A DNA stretch of 64,000 nucleotides from Octopus sinensis (GCF_006345805.1 NC_043008.1:27838001-27902000), one strand, 5' to 3'. Shown: positions 39,180 to 53,243, counted from the first letter of the stretch. A program made the numbers and translations. Notes: generated by a model not told the origin, from the sequence alone.

Positions 39180-40910
39180 CTACTTACTGTTGTTTGGTGG
39201 GGTGGCTCCCTTGTGCTTTTGCACGGGTTTTTCCACCAAGTTTTTATATAATTTTTGGGAGAAATTTCTCCTTTGCGACCCGACATCGTTAGGGAATTTC
39301 TCCTTGATTTCACTGTATATCGTTTTGTTGATTTTTATTGTAAGAATGTGTGCTGATGGTGTATTTTGCGTTGGTGTGATAAAGTCTGAGTATTTCGTGT
39401 CTGTGTTTTCTCTTATGTATGCTATAAGTTGTTCGTTTTTTGTGTTTATTGCTGTAACGGTGTCTGTGTGTGATGGTGTGTGTGTGGCAGTAATGGTGGC
39501 CAAAGTGTTGTTGTTTGTTGTTGTTGTGAGTGCATGTTGTTGTTGATTTGAGGAAGCTCTATTTGTTCGTGTTTCCCCTGTGTTTTGTGTGATCTTTTTG
39601 CTTTTTCCTTCTTTTCTTTTTGGGTGACACCGTTTGCCACTCCCCTTTCTCGCTATCAGTGCTTGCACAATCCGAGCTTACCTGATCCGGAAAGGGGACA
39701 TTTGTCGGGTCAACAGTTTGTCGAAAATTATTGTTCTTGTTTATGGGAAACGGTGATGTTGCTGTAGTAGTTGGTGTCGGTGATGGTGTTGGTGTTTCCT
39801 TCTGCGTCGTCTTCCTTGGGCTTGGTGTTGGTGTTGGTTTGCTGATGGCTGGGGGTGGTGATGCTCTTCGTGATGTTGGTGATGGTGTTGATGGTGTGGC
39901 AACCTTTTGTGTTTCATGCTGTTGTTGTTTCTGTTGTTGTTGTTGTTGTTGCTGCTGCTGCTGTCTCTTACCTTCTGCTGCCATTCTTTCTTGTAAATGG
40001 GGAAGTCTTTTATAGGTGGCTTTCGCTGCCGCAGAGGTAGCATTTTGGCTTTCGCCCCTCTAGAGCCACGTGCATTCTGGTGCTGTCCGGCAAATTTACA
40101 CTGTCGGGTATGGCATTGATGTTTTCCTGCTGGATTTGTACCAGCAGCTGCATCCCCATAGCCGACCAGTTCCACTCCCACAACGTCTGAACCCCTAGAA
40201 TAGTGGCAGTGTCCTCTATGTCACAGAGGCCAGCTGCCACTAGCCAAGATATATTTCGATCGGGCGGCACTGATCAATTGGTCACTCGCCGACCAAAGTA
40301 TGTCGGTACGAGCGACAAATTTTCAGTCTGCAAGGGCGAAAAGACATGTTTCCTTGCTTCTTCTTCGGTACGGAAACGAACCTCCACGGTTCCAAAACGC
40401 TTCCCTCTGGTGACATAGCTCATTTGGCCCCATATGGACTTTAGAGCTATTTCAAGTTCTTGTGGTGTTGCATTTGTCAATCTTTTGCTTTTTCTGTCTA
40501 AAACTTTATATATGATTGTATTTTTGTTAGTGTCGTGTATGGGTTGTTGAGGTGTATTGAGGAAAACACTGTCTCCTCCTTCCGCAACTCCTTTGCATTT
40601 TTATTTCCTCTATCGTAACGTTTACTTCCTCCGAGCTTTGTTTTGCAGCGGAGGCGAAACCGTCACGATGGCTTTCACTGTTTGTGTTGTTGCTGGTGGT
40701 GGTGTCGGTGTCGTTGCTGGTCATCTTCTTTCCCTCCTTCTCCGGTGCTGGAGCAATGGTGGAGGGAAGAGCAGGGAAGTCTTCGATGACGTCAAAAGTG
40801 ACGTCTTCGTTTTCATTTTCATTTGGAATGTGGCACGTGCCAGCACGTTCCATCGAATCATTTTGCTTGCCTTTTAAGGAACGAAATGGGCGGTTTGGAG
40901 AAATGTTCAA
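39180..40910 (-). pseudogene. Tx1-type ORF1 (RRM-like region, zinc knuckle, polyQ and Pro/Thr-rich tract), frameshifted
   Basis: RFGTVEVRFRTEEEA..PTYFGRR; EGRKPKCYLCGSESHL; polyQ at ~39915-39965. Confidence 0.75.
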
Positions 40911-41207
40911 ATCAATTTTTCTTGTGGCGGGTGTGGTGTTCGAAGAAGGGTACAGCCAACTGTTCTCTTTAATGACATTTTTTCAATATGTATGTGAATG
41001 TAATTTTAAAAAGTCAATATTTCAAACGGAAATTTTACCCCAAATGGGGTAACATTTTGCCGAGCCAACTAGCTCCGCAAGACGTTAGTTGGCTTGGCCA
41101 CACAAATATCAAAATATATATAAACTTTCACAGAAATTCCCAATAAAATTGGCACAAATCTTACGGAGCAGCTTTAGACGCGTCCGTCCTCTCGAGAAGA
41201 AATAATC

Positions 41208-41245
<38 letters not shown>

Positions 41246-41254
41246 TATGACATG

Positions 41255-42292
41255 CAGGTGTCGATGTATGTTTGAATGACAATATTCAGACTTCTCTGAT
41301 AGTTCTTCAAAAGTTTGCAAGGGACTTTTTTCCACCAGGTTTTTCAGGACGTCCTCATCGAGTTCTATAAGTTATCCAGAACAAGGCTTATCTTCTAGGC
41401 TGTAGAATAACTACAGAATAAATGAGAATCAGACGAGGCAATATGGTAGGTGAGGGATCTTTTCGCATTCAAAGCCTTGCAATGTCATTCTCGCTGCATA
41501 TGGCCGAGCATTATCCTGATGGAAGAGCACCTTTCGTCTTGAAAGTAAAGATGGCCGATTTTCTTCTAGCGCTGACTTAAGGTGCTCAAGCTTTCCCTGC
41601 CAAATGTCTTCTGCGCTTGACATTTTTATAGAGAAACCATTTCTCGTCACCAGTCAGTATTTGGTCCAAAAAACGTTCATTCTTGAGACGTACCGGCAAT
41701 GAAGAGCACGCATTCAGTCTCTGAGCGCGATTATACTCGGAAAGTTTGTTAGGAACCAAATTTACCCAATTTGTTGACCTTTTCAATCGTATGCAAGAGT
41801 CGACGAATGATTGAATGACTAAATCCAAGCTTCTCTGCTAGTTCCTCATCAGTTACGATGGGATTTTGTATAACCACGTTTTGCAGGACGTCCTCATCGA
41901 GCTCTACAGTTCTTCTAGGACAAGGCTAGTTTTCTAGGCTGTAGTTTCTGGCCCGGAATCTCTAGAATCACCGTTGACACTGGCTTACGCTTATTGTCTG
42001 ATCCCCATATACTGCATTAATATTCCTCACACTTTCCGTTGTTTCGTTGCCTTTATTGAACTCATAAATGAAAATATGCCGAATATATGCTCCTTTGTCA
42101 CTTCCATTATCGCTTTGAAAAAATAACTCTTAAAATCGAAATGCACAAGTGAAAACCTGCACTAACGATAAGGAGAAGTTAAAATAACATTCGGCATTTA
42201 TAGCAAGTTGATGCAGTTAGTTTATCCCGTAGACCTCCAAAGTTTAGTTCATGCAATTGAAAAACGCACATTATATAATGGATGACCCAATA
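41255..42292 (-). mobile_element. Mariner (Tc1/mariner) DNA transposon remnant with one TIR
   Basis: TA plus TTGGGTCATCCATTATATAATGTGCG terminus at ~42262-42292; MEVTKEHI.. start at 42107; ILTGDEKW, FHQDNARPY, PHLPY..SDSHLF. Confidence 0.88.
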
Positions 42293-44674
42293 TTCATATA
42301 GTTACATGCGTAGGTACATATCCATATCCATATACTTGCACAAACACACACACACACACACATAAAATGCAACATCTATAACGATAATGAATAAATTTGT
42401 CAGTTATGCAAGAGTTGTTCTCACGAAATAAATTGTAGGAATTGATGTATTTTCAATTCATGATTTGAAGACAACTAAATATCTTCCACATCTTCCTACC
42501 CTACACAAACTTATACGAACACAGATATTTTCACCATGTGTGTTAACATGTACTTATGTTATACATATAATTAAGCAATTAGTACACATAAACACACGCA
42601 CATTGAGTTTATTTTCCTAACAGAATAATGCATTGAAGTGTTATAGATTATGCTTTATGTACTCTAAACTACAATTTAACATTAATTTTATTGTAATGAA
42701 TGAGCTTCAATTTAAGTGTCCATAGTGAGTTCACGTTGCGATATAAAAATATACATTCTTCTTTACAAGTTTATCTTGCTTTTTTGAGAATATTCTTCGA
42801 AAAAGGTTGCTAGAAACCCTAGAACTAAGCGTTAGTTTCTACTTGTTCATAAAGATTTAATGTGAAAATATATATCAGTCTTTCTGTTAGCAAAATAAAT
42901 CCAGCGTTAAAAGAGCTCCCTTTTTATGCATAACACACTTTATGATACCGGACCATATTCTACTTAAAGAAAAAACATGACTGAAGAAATATTTTTATTC
43001 GTAATATGATTGTCAAATGCGGGATTTTCTTTATTTTGCCAGTTACTACAATGTAGGTTGTCTTCCATTTATTATTGTATATGTTGACAAGTGAAAAATG
43101 TTTCTGCATAACAGGTTCTCAAATTTTCGAGAACAAGATAGGTAAAATCCAATATGATGTATAGTCAACGAACATATTTTTGGTAAGTATCGGAAATCTT
43201 CACCGTTTAACAAATTAGAATCTACAACACGGTCATTTAGTTTGACATGTTTTCAGGTGTTCAATAATATAATTGAATATATCATCTGGCATTTGTAACA
43301 GCCTTCGGGCTATTAGAAATGACAGACGATATTTTCTGTCTATCTTACAGTTGAATTGTCGTTAATGAACACTCAGTCACACACACACACACACACACAT
43401 ACATACACACATTCACACATCAGGATCCACATAGTGTTTATCTTGGGCATAAGGAAATAACGTTTATGGAAATAAAAGTTTCAGCGCTTTTACAATATCA
43501 CCTTCTAATCTCTTCAGACTCATCACAGCCGTTTCATCTCGGATTATGTACAGTACACTCACGCACAAACCATCAAACCAACGAACTCGCCACACTCACA
43601 CTACCATCGAATCATATAATATGGATTAACTATATCTTTCAACCAACGCTGGTACACTCAGCTCACATTGAATATATTTCTATTCATAGAGTCTGAGGTA
43701 AAATCTAACGCACATGTACTTAAACTACCACAACTGAAATCTTGTTTTCTACTCAGACTAACATGCATCCACTGTCACTGAAAATTCAATAATCTGGGAA
43801 TTAGATCCAACTTATCTCTTTAAATACATCCAATCTTAATTGCACGTGATAAGGTTTCTGATGCTGTAAATACTGAAAGTTTTCCCACGAGCCAGGAAAG
43901 CTCGAACAAACGTATCCTAAAGAACCCATCCTACAACCATTTGGAAATTTTTTAAAGAATAATTCAAGATAACCGTTTTTTCCAGATCTCACATCTAAAT
44001 ACATATGGCTTAAGAAGTGATATCAAGCAAAATACAGATATATCTTTCAAATTATAAATGATTGAACATTTTCATATAATTTTCACTGATTAAAATTATA
44101 GGTAATATGCTGCAGTTTATTTACAGTATCTTATCCGAGCAAAAACATACCTACTCAAATATTCTCCAGTAGATTTATGTTATCACAAGATAATGTTGTT
44201 TTGGCTTGCCTTTCATAATTATAAAGAACTAGAAAACATACCCATCTACGATGGAGGCAGAGAATGAGGGAGGGGAGACGTAACAGCAGTATGTGTTGAG
44301 AAATGTGTAACTGGACTTGATAGATTACTGGCTGATGTAGAGAAATCTTATTATTGTTGGTTATAGAGTATTCTATTTCAGCGATATGACATGTGTTTCC
44401 GGCTAAGTGATATGTGATGACAATCAACTCCCGAAATGAAATATGTTCCCAGCTTCTGTATCATGAATGGTTATGTAGACCAATCCTAACAAAAGCCAGA
44501 GCTTCCCGCGACCACTACATAAAAAGTATGCAGTAAAAAGTGTTATTTCGATATCCCGTTATTTTAGTTGTTTACACTATTTACGCTTGTTTATACTCTT
44601 ATACATTAAAAGATCACAAATTTCCTTATCTAAATTATAAGTCATATTCCTTTCGATGGTATCAATATGATTAT

Positions 44675-44960
44675 AAATTACTGGAATCCGTTGCTCTGCT
44701 CATAGCGACGTATAACGAGCCGTGTGTAAACATCGGAGTGGGTAAATATACACCTACATGATCTAAAGTCTGACCCGATGTCTTATTTGCTATGACTCTG
44801 CGAGCGGAATCTTTAGGGTTGCAAAAAATCAAACTAAGACTTACCTTTCGCTGTTCTATGCGAATAATGTCTGGATGTTCTGGTGCCATGAGTAATTTTG
44901 ATTGACAAAACTAAGATGTAAACAATAGCCGCTTCCATTAACCGTTTCGTATCCTACTCG
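44675..44960 (-). mobile_element. Helitron PIF1-type helicase C-terminal remnant
   Basis: ANKTSGQTLDHVGVYLPTPMFTHGSLYVAMSR matches the TINKSQGQT..VG..L..P.F.HGQLYVA.SR motif. Confidence 0.75.
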
Positions 44961-46869
44961 AGATGACACACTTCAATAACCACTAAATAATCGCACGCAC
45001 ACTTTTTCCATTATATTTTCGCTATTTACCGTCCTCGTGACCCCTTTCGTATCTAGGATGGTGGACACGATCTATACGATGGAAAATCCTTAGTTTCTCA
45101 TGGACAGTGATTTTTTAATAAAAATGCGAAGTTGGTTTATCAGTTCAAAAATCGATATCCACGAAATAATCATACTTTCTGATTTTTTAATGCTAAAATC
45201 CCTCCTGAGGACCGTGCTCGTAATCACCTGAAAAGGGAGGAGACAAAGAGACGAAGAGATGGGCATACAGGCAGACTTAACGCCCATTATAATAAGATGA
45301 TCAGTGCATTTATTATCAACAGTAAAAACATCTATATAGTGATTGCCCATGAACTTTTCTTCATAATCATACAGCAATGTCGAATAAACATTTTAATTTA
45401 CTCTCCACTTATCCATAACATTAGTGACATCGCGCTATTTTCATACAGGGCAAATTTCTACATCTTTTTTCCTTTAAGAGATTTAAAAAAAAACAACTCT
45501 GCTCTTCTTAATTCATTAGTGAATTATAGCTATCCTCTCTGCAGGCGAAAATCAATGTACAGATATATTACCTCATTTTTATCGTCTGAACTTTAGATCA
45601 TATAACTCTAGCAATTATACTATTCTTCGACCGAATTATTAACCGACAACAAGCAAGATCGAATAATTCTTATATAGAAGAAATGTAAAACATTTAATAC
45701 CATTATAAGAATACTGAAAATTATTGGTTAACCCATATACAAATTGTACAAAAGCAGGTCTATTGATGAGATTAATTAAATGTATTCTGAGTAAACCAGG
45801 ATTATGGAAATACATTGATTTCTATGCGGAATACCAAAAAACAAAGACGTCATACACACCTACACTGATATTAATAGAGGAGCATTTACATTTGCAGCAT
45901 AAGCAGGGACTTTCTCCTTTAACAAACATACACACAGACACACAAAGTACGCACAAACACACATATATATCCATACATACATATACATATATACAAGCTT
46001 ACCTACATATAGTATCTATATGTACATATGGTATTTATCTATGTTTGTATCATATACAAGCATACCGACATATAGTGTCTATATGTACATATAATATTTA
46101 TCGATATGCGTACACTTCGCAGACACACACACACACATGCATACTCACACACGTATATATTTATATACACATCTAATACATATTTGAAATATTTCTTTGA
46201 AGAACATGAAAGCAAGATTCACATATGCAAAATTTTCATTGAATCCTCAACTGAATCAAAACAATTGAAGTAACTATTGGCAAGGTTGCAGTGATTATTG
46301 AAAAATAGCCTTTAACTTTAATTTTAATACTAGTTTCGCCAAAGTTTTGAGTTTTGGGGTTTTTAATATTCTAGCGGTGTAAAATATCACTCAATTATCT
46401 CCACATAATGATGGTAAAACTGCATCGTCCCAAATATATTTCTTCTTCCTTTAAGTTTCCATTGCAAACATGTAATCCGAATCATGTATACGTTATTTTA
46501 TTAATTTGTACACGTTGATTTTAATACAAATAAGCTATTTGCTTTGATGCAATATTAAGAAGAGACACAAATTTAATCCCACCTTTATCACAGTCATGAG
46601 GTACGTCATAGAGTTAATTGCAACAAAGTAATATTGCGTATTCATAATTATGCGATACTACTTCACGGCGAAATATGGTTAGGTAAATTAGGAAAGTATA
46701 TATTTGTATTGGCTAAAGTTCAACTTTATTAGAGTATGTTCAATAATTCAGTGTAAAAATAGGTGTAGTCATCATATAGGAATTATTGAAACTTTAAGAT
46801 TCTAAGATCAATGGCAAAATAAGTACTTTTGTACAAAACTGAATGTTTGAATATGGTTCCAATATATTA

Positions 46870-48490
46870 CACTGGTCTACAAAGTTTTAAGGTTTTTAGG
46901 AAATAGACACCATTCCTATACAAGCTCGGTCTCCTGAATCCGAATATAACTTTCTTTTCGACCTATCAGAATTACTTTTTAAGTTATTGAGCATCCTTGT
47001 AGTCACTATGTATGAGTGTACGTCCATTACGCCTTGTTCGTTATCTTATTATAATTATGAGGTATTTTCTCTTTTTCCGTACTTTTTAGATGCTGTGGTG
47101 AACTAAGCAACAGAAAATGAGCAAGATGTCCTCTTCAAGAAAGTGTTGCGTTACTTCTCCAAATGTGTTTCGTTATGTTTGTGGAGAATAGGCATTACCT
47201 GAAAATCGATAACACACCACTGATTTTGTTGTATACGGCATATTTTGGGATCAAAGTGGGTGACCAAGATAAATATTGGGCACCGCATAATGTCTGCAAA
47301 CAAAGTACAGCACATTTGGGGCAATGGACTAAAGGGACAAGGAAAAGTATGAGGTTTGCTATACCAGTAGTATGGTGGGCGTCCTATAATCACGGGGACG
47401 ACTGATATTTTTGGAACTTAAACTTGAAGAGTATTAACCGGAAAAATCGACAAATACTTGTCTATCCTAATTCTTGGTTCTGCTATGAGACTGGTTCCAC
47501 ACAGTGAAGAGCTTCCTGTTTCTGTCTTCCATATCTTGCCTCAGATAACTTTACACTCTACCAAAGAATATTCATCACCTAAAGGAGACACGAGCGATCA
47601 AGACATTTCATTTGAGAATTCCCCTCCTCTATTCTTCCCGGTTGAGTTGAATGATCTAGTTCGTGACTTGAACCCCCAAAACATTTCTGCAGAACTGTTG
47701 GCTTCTCGACTGAAAGAGGAGAGTTTTATAGAGATTGATGTCCGTATAACATTTTAGCGGAGTCGCCATGAAGAGTTCCCTTCTTTTTTCACAAAACAGG
47801 AAAAGCTGGTTTACCGCAAGATGTCAGTGGGCTTCTTAATAAACATGGCGTCTTTTCATAGGCACCCCTAAGCATAGTTTAAAATATAGTTGCACAAGAG
47901 AAATGTATATGGTTCTGTCCCACTCGGCCACTCAACAACTGTGAAGGAAAAATATGAAGAAATTAATTTGGTATTAGAGACGATACTGTATCTTGACCAT
48001 AAATGAGTCATCTGAGTTGACTTAAATATGGTGAAATTTCTTATGGGGCAGCAATCTGATTATACCAAATACGCATACATTCTTTGCGTAGGGGACAGTA
48101 GAGACCAAGAAAACCACTATGTTAAGAAAGACTGACGGCCTCGAACAAGTATGGCTCCATGTAGAGCTGCCAATATATTAGAAGAACTTTTAGTTGAGCG
48201 AGATAATATCCTTTTATCCCTTTGCACATCAAACTCTCAGAATGATCAAGCAATTCGTTAAAGTTTTTGACAGAAATTGGGAGTGCTTCAAGTATATCTG
48301 CAGTGTAATTCAAGACTTGATGATTGAAAAACTTAAAGCAGGGATTTTTGATGGACCACAGATCCATAAGCTCTTGAAGGACTCACGTTCCGTGAAAGTA
48401 ATGAGCGAAATTGAAGCATCAGCTTGGCCAGCCTTTGCAGAATTAGAACAAAATCTGGTTTCTCAGCATCCTGCCAATTACATCTGGCAA
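46870..48490 (+). mobile_element. Chapaev3-like (CMC) DNA transposon remnant: left end plus disrupted transposase
   Basis: TTA|CACTGG left terminus; YVCGE, GDQDKYWAPHNVCK, HGDD, ELNDLVRDL, ELLASRLKE, VDLNMVKFLMGQQ..YTKY, PLHIK, EKLKAGIFDGPQI. The superfamily call rests on recalled motif patterns. Confidence 0.7.
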
Positions 48491-50309
48491 TTGAATTGAT
48501 CTCATGAAAGCACCATGAAATATACATACTGCTATGCATAGCGCTTTTGATGAGCTAGGGTATATGTGAAACAACCATAAGCTAAATAAATCGTATATAT
48601 ATATATGGGTGGGTATGTTTATATAATGCGTGCATAAATTTCTATACACACTCAAACACACGCACACAACACACTCAGACAAACAGCACACACACAAGTA
48701 CATATACAGAGAGAGCTGGAAGGGAGAGAGGGTGAGACAGAGGCAGAGAGAGGGAAGCGAGAGAGGGGAAGTGAGAGAAGGAAAGAGGGGGTAAGTGAAA
48801 GAGAGAAAGTGATGGAGGGAGAAAGAGGGGAAGAAAGAGAGAGATTTATATATAACATTTTTATAAGCCCCAAACCATTTGACATCAGAACATTTACAAG
48901 AAGGTCATTATGAAATTTATTCTTAAACATTTTACCTCTACTGCCGGCGTGGAAATTAATGTTTTGGTGTTTACAACGAAATATAGTGATAACCGTTAAA
49001 AATGTGTTACATAATTTGTACTATAAATTTTGTTTGTTTTTTTTATGCTTACTGTTGAAACTTGTAAATCTTACTTTAATATTTGAAGCCTTGCAAAGTA
49101 TTTTATACTGTTTATAATAGAAGATCTGATTATTCAATTTTAGTTTGTTTTTTTTTTTGTTATTTTGCACCAATAGGTTTCTTTCGATTAATGCTGATAA
49201 TAAATGATGAAAGTTAGCGCAATAAAATATCAAGGAGATTCCGGCTCCACGCTCCAAAATTTATTCTCAAATCAGAAGTTATATAATCTCAATTTATTTC
49301 AATTATGGCATCTTTAAATAAGCAGGTAATAAAAAAAAATGTTATGCAATGTATGCACAATTTAAGTACTTAATGTTGCAATAGATTCGCTAATGTCGTT
49401 ACATTAAAACATTGACTCAACATATTACAACAGATTAATGAGTAAAATATATTAATAACATGATATTACATTAGGTTAACGGAAATTAAATTTCGTGTTG
49501 ATTATACAGCCAAATAAATAAAAATATTTTGGAAGAGTTCACCATTTTTCACATACGTAGAAAGGAATTTTTGAAAAGCATTTTTTTCAAGCATGAATGA
49601 TATTTGATAATATTTTTCTTCTTTTTGAGGTTAAATATTTGCAGTTTGGTTTCAAACATGCTTATGGATAGAAATACTTAGATATTAATAGATATGAAAT
49701 ATAATTATTTTCTACTCGAAAATTGATGAACTACTAAAAATTTATAATTTTGTCTGAACGAAAAAAGAAAACTTGTTATTTTCATTCACTTTATCATATA
49801 TGTTAATAAACGTTATTCTTTTCTTTATAGGTACCTGCAAATACTGATAATCCACGTGCATGATGTTCAAGCTTCCGAGAATACAACAATGTCTACATAT
49901 CTTCATATAGAGTTATCACTTTATTTTTAGTCTATATTCTACAGGAATATTCGTAAGGAAACATGAATTAATGAAGCAAATATGATATTTGGCATACATG
50001 TTTAGCTGATACGCTTTATTTGAGATTAAGATAATCAAATTCAAATTGAAAGATCATCTCACATGAGTTACCTTTTGGGATTGTTAGAAAACAAATTTTA
50101 CGACGTTTCATTTTCTATGTAACTCATTGAAGCTGCTAATTTGATAATACGCACATACATTTACTCATGCGAAGTATATAGGGTACGAGCGAAATTTAAG
50201 AATGAATTTTGTTTCGACTTTGACCACTTTGAATGTCTGAGTTGCTGTATCACCATGTACATCTCAAACCATAAGTACTTATTAGTGTGTGTGTGTGTGT
50301 GTTTGTTTG

Positions 50310-50630
50310 GAGGCGGATGGCTCAGTGGTTAGACTGTCGGACTCACAATCATTCGATTCCCGGATTGGGATGTGTACTGTGTTCTTGAGCTAGACACGTT
50401 ATTTCACGTTGCTCCAGTTCACTCAGTACAAGAAATGAATTGCGATGTTACTGGTGCCAAGTTGTATCAGACTTTGCCTTTCCCTTCGATAACATCGGTG
50501 ATGTGGAGTGGAAAGGCTGATCTGCAAGGGAAAGTGATATGCATGGGCAAACAACCAACACTGAACTTGTATTTCTAGGTGCAATCCCATGGTCATTAAT
50601 GACCGAAGGGGGACATTCATTCATTCTTTC
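50310..50630 (+). mobile_element. tRNA-derived SINE, second family
   Basis: A-box TGGCTCAGTGGTTAG, B-box-like TTCGATTCCC, then TGTGTTCTTGAGCTAGACAC conserved-domain-like segment. Confidence 0.65.
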
Positions 50631-50752
50631 TTCCTTTAACACACGCACACGTATATATATATATATATAAATATGCATACATATATATTTATGTCTGTGT
50701 GTATAAGCACATACATAGATTTATATATGTGTATAGATATGCATATACATAG

Positions 50753-51198
50753 TAAAAGATTAATACGGAAGACGGAGACTAACTAGTAACATTTATTAGC
50801 ATAACAATCGTTTCAGCTTAATTCTGCACTGATCGATAGTGGGTGCGGAACCGTGCAACACAACCAAACGCACCACATGCTATAAAAGAGCCTCACCAGT
50901 TGACGTAATAAGCGTTGTTTTTCTTCCTGGCCACATCTTCATCTCCTTACGAAATGGGTCTGAACTGCTAAAATCACACCGTCAATATAATACTTGAAGC
51001 GAAAATAAAATATAAATCTGAAATTTTGTGAATCATTTCACATCACTTGACGAGTTTCGTTTGCTGTGTTCGTTGCACCTAGTGTTGCTACCTCATCCCA
51101 CACCCACTAGGGAGCAGTGCAGAATGACGCCGAAACGAAACGATTGTTGTGTTAATAAATGCTTCTAGTTACACTCCGTCTTCGGCATTAATCATTTA
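50753..51198. repeat. Fold-back element with ~100-140 bp diverged inverted arms
   Basis: GATTAATACGGAAGACGGAG..ACAATCGTTTC..ATTCTGCACTG vs CAGTGCAGAAT..GAAACGATTGT..CTCCGTCTTCGGCATTAATC. Confidence 0.85.
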
Positions 51199-52284
51199 AA
51201 ATATACCCTACGCACACCTCGGAATCCCGGACGCGAAATGTTTTTCCCACGAGAGTTTCGGACCCTAGTAATGAACTATACAGCCAATAAGAGCAGAGCC
51301 ACCTTTAACCTTTCTTCGTTTTTAGTCAGCACCGTGCATCCATTAGTCTGAAGGATACGAACTTAAGCTACAGGCTGGAATGGTCAATTTTGTCGGTGGC
51401 CCTTCCATTTGATAGGGGCAGAAGGCAGTGCAACCTTTGTGTCTCCGAACTCTTCCATATTTTGCTTGCCAGAGGCCGGATGGTAAACGGGCTTTTACAG
51501 TCGGCTTTTCGATGCCCCCATTGGCGGCGTTACACTTATCTGGCTTTTAAATAGCGTTTATAAATAATACCGGCACCCATAGCCCTTGGTAACAAATTCT
51601 GAAATAGCCTTTAAGATATCTACGATTAACCACTGCAAGGGGAATTACTCCTGTTAGACAAACGGGGCTTGGTTTTTTCACAGCGGGGGGTTTCCTTGAC
51701 AAGGCAGGCTTAGATGAACACACACACACATAAAACATAATATATATTTTTTTTTTCTGCCACCCAACGGTTCTCGCGGCAGTAGCCACTGATAGCCGAA
51801 CGATCAAACGCACACACGTACACAAAAAATGTTTTCTACCCCTACGCCAACACACACATATATAGAACAGTATACACACACACACGTCTCTAAGTAGATT
51901 TTTTCTCGCCCCTTATAAAACATCCAATATTCCTTAAATAGTCAGAACTTTATTCTCGGTCACAAAGAACACCCACACACCCTCACCCACATGATTGACC
52001 GATGCCTGACCCGTTAAATTCTTCAGCCACCGGTTCTCAACATACACTGATAAACAGTTTCGCCATGGGCTCTTAGGAGCATAGTTCGATTTGTTTTTGC
52101 TCCGCCTCTGTTCTGTTTTTGTTTTTCCAACGGATTTCCTATTTTCTTCCTGAAGAGAAAGACACAATATGGTCCCATTATTCAATCGGATTTTGGTAAT
52201 TTGTGCCTTTCGAAACACGTGTAGAATGAAATAAAACGATTTCTGTTCAATCTGCGTTCAGCTCCATTTCTTCAATTCACCAAT

Positions 52285-52402
<118 letters not shown>

Positions 52403-53190
52403 ACTATATACATACATATACAAATTCATACGCATCTTCACTTGCTTCACTTGGATAGGCCTGGCCCTCTGGTGCCGAGTCGGCCCCGATGGGCACAGCA
52501 TTCTGTCCATTTCCCTTGTACATTATATGTGTGAACAGGTAGATATATAGACAGATAGATAGATACAGTCATACATATATGCATACCTACATAGAGTGAG
52601 GCTAGATAGATTGATACGTGGTACATTATTGGTGACATTCTTCTAAATGATGCACTTCACAATATTACTCTAAATAATATTATAAAATAACAACCGTTAT
52701 ATAATTTAGATGCTCCTGTAGCTTAAGTGCAAGGTATTTAAAACACCCAACATATAACCATATTACGTTTATGATAAAATAAAAAGCATAATTATTATTG
52801 AAGCGGTCGCAAAATTTAACTGATATCTTTGTTTTAGGAACAAGGCACACAGATAGTATTATCATGGCTGCTGCATACAGTACTCGATGATATTTCATAT
52901 TTCCTTTATCTCCATCCCAGCTCTAAACATTTAAACTGTATTTCCCGTGAATATGAACATGAACAAATAATCAGCCAATACATATGTGCACTTGTATGTG
53001 TGTGTATATCTATATATGCACAAATGCATAAAATTATATATCTCTCACTAATAGTGAGTGATATATAATTATATGCATTGTCACTAATAGTGATTGAGAG
53101 TGCGAAGAAGCATCTCTGTTGCTAATAATAATAATAATGATAATGATAATGACAACAAAAACAACAGTAATAACAATAATAATAATAATA

Positions 53191-53238
<48 letters not shown>

Positions 53239-53243
53239 TAATA

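Larger units (their letters stand above)
35545..41200 (-). mobile_element. Near-full-length Tx1/L1-clade LINE (ORF1 gag-like; ORF2 APE-RT-zinc finger) flanked by (AAT)n on both sides
   Basis: Two-ORF layout, APE and RT motifs, C-terminal CPRC..ETVLHAL; (AAT)n at 35505-35540 and 41200-41245. Confidence 0.9.

Noticed and set aside
43801-44427. Minus-strand ORFs of 67 and 90 aa
   Set aside because: No recognisable domain and no consistent splice or phase support
51200-52270. GC-richer segment that looks like a dispersed repeat
   Set aside because: No second copy, termini or coding motif identifiable within the window
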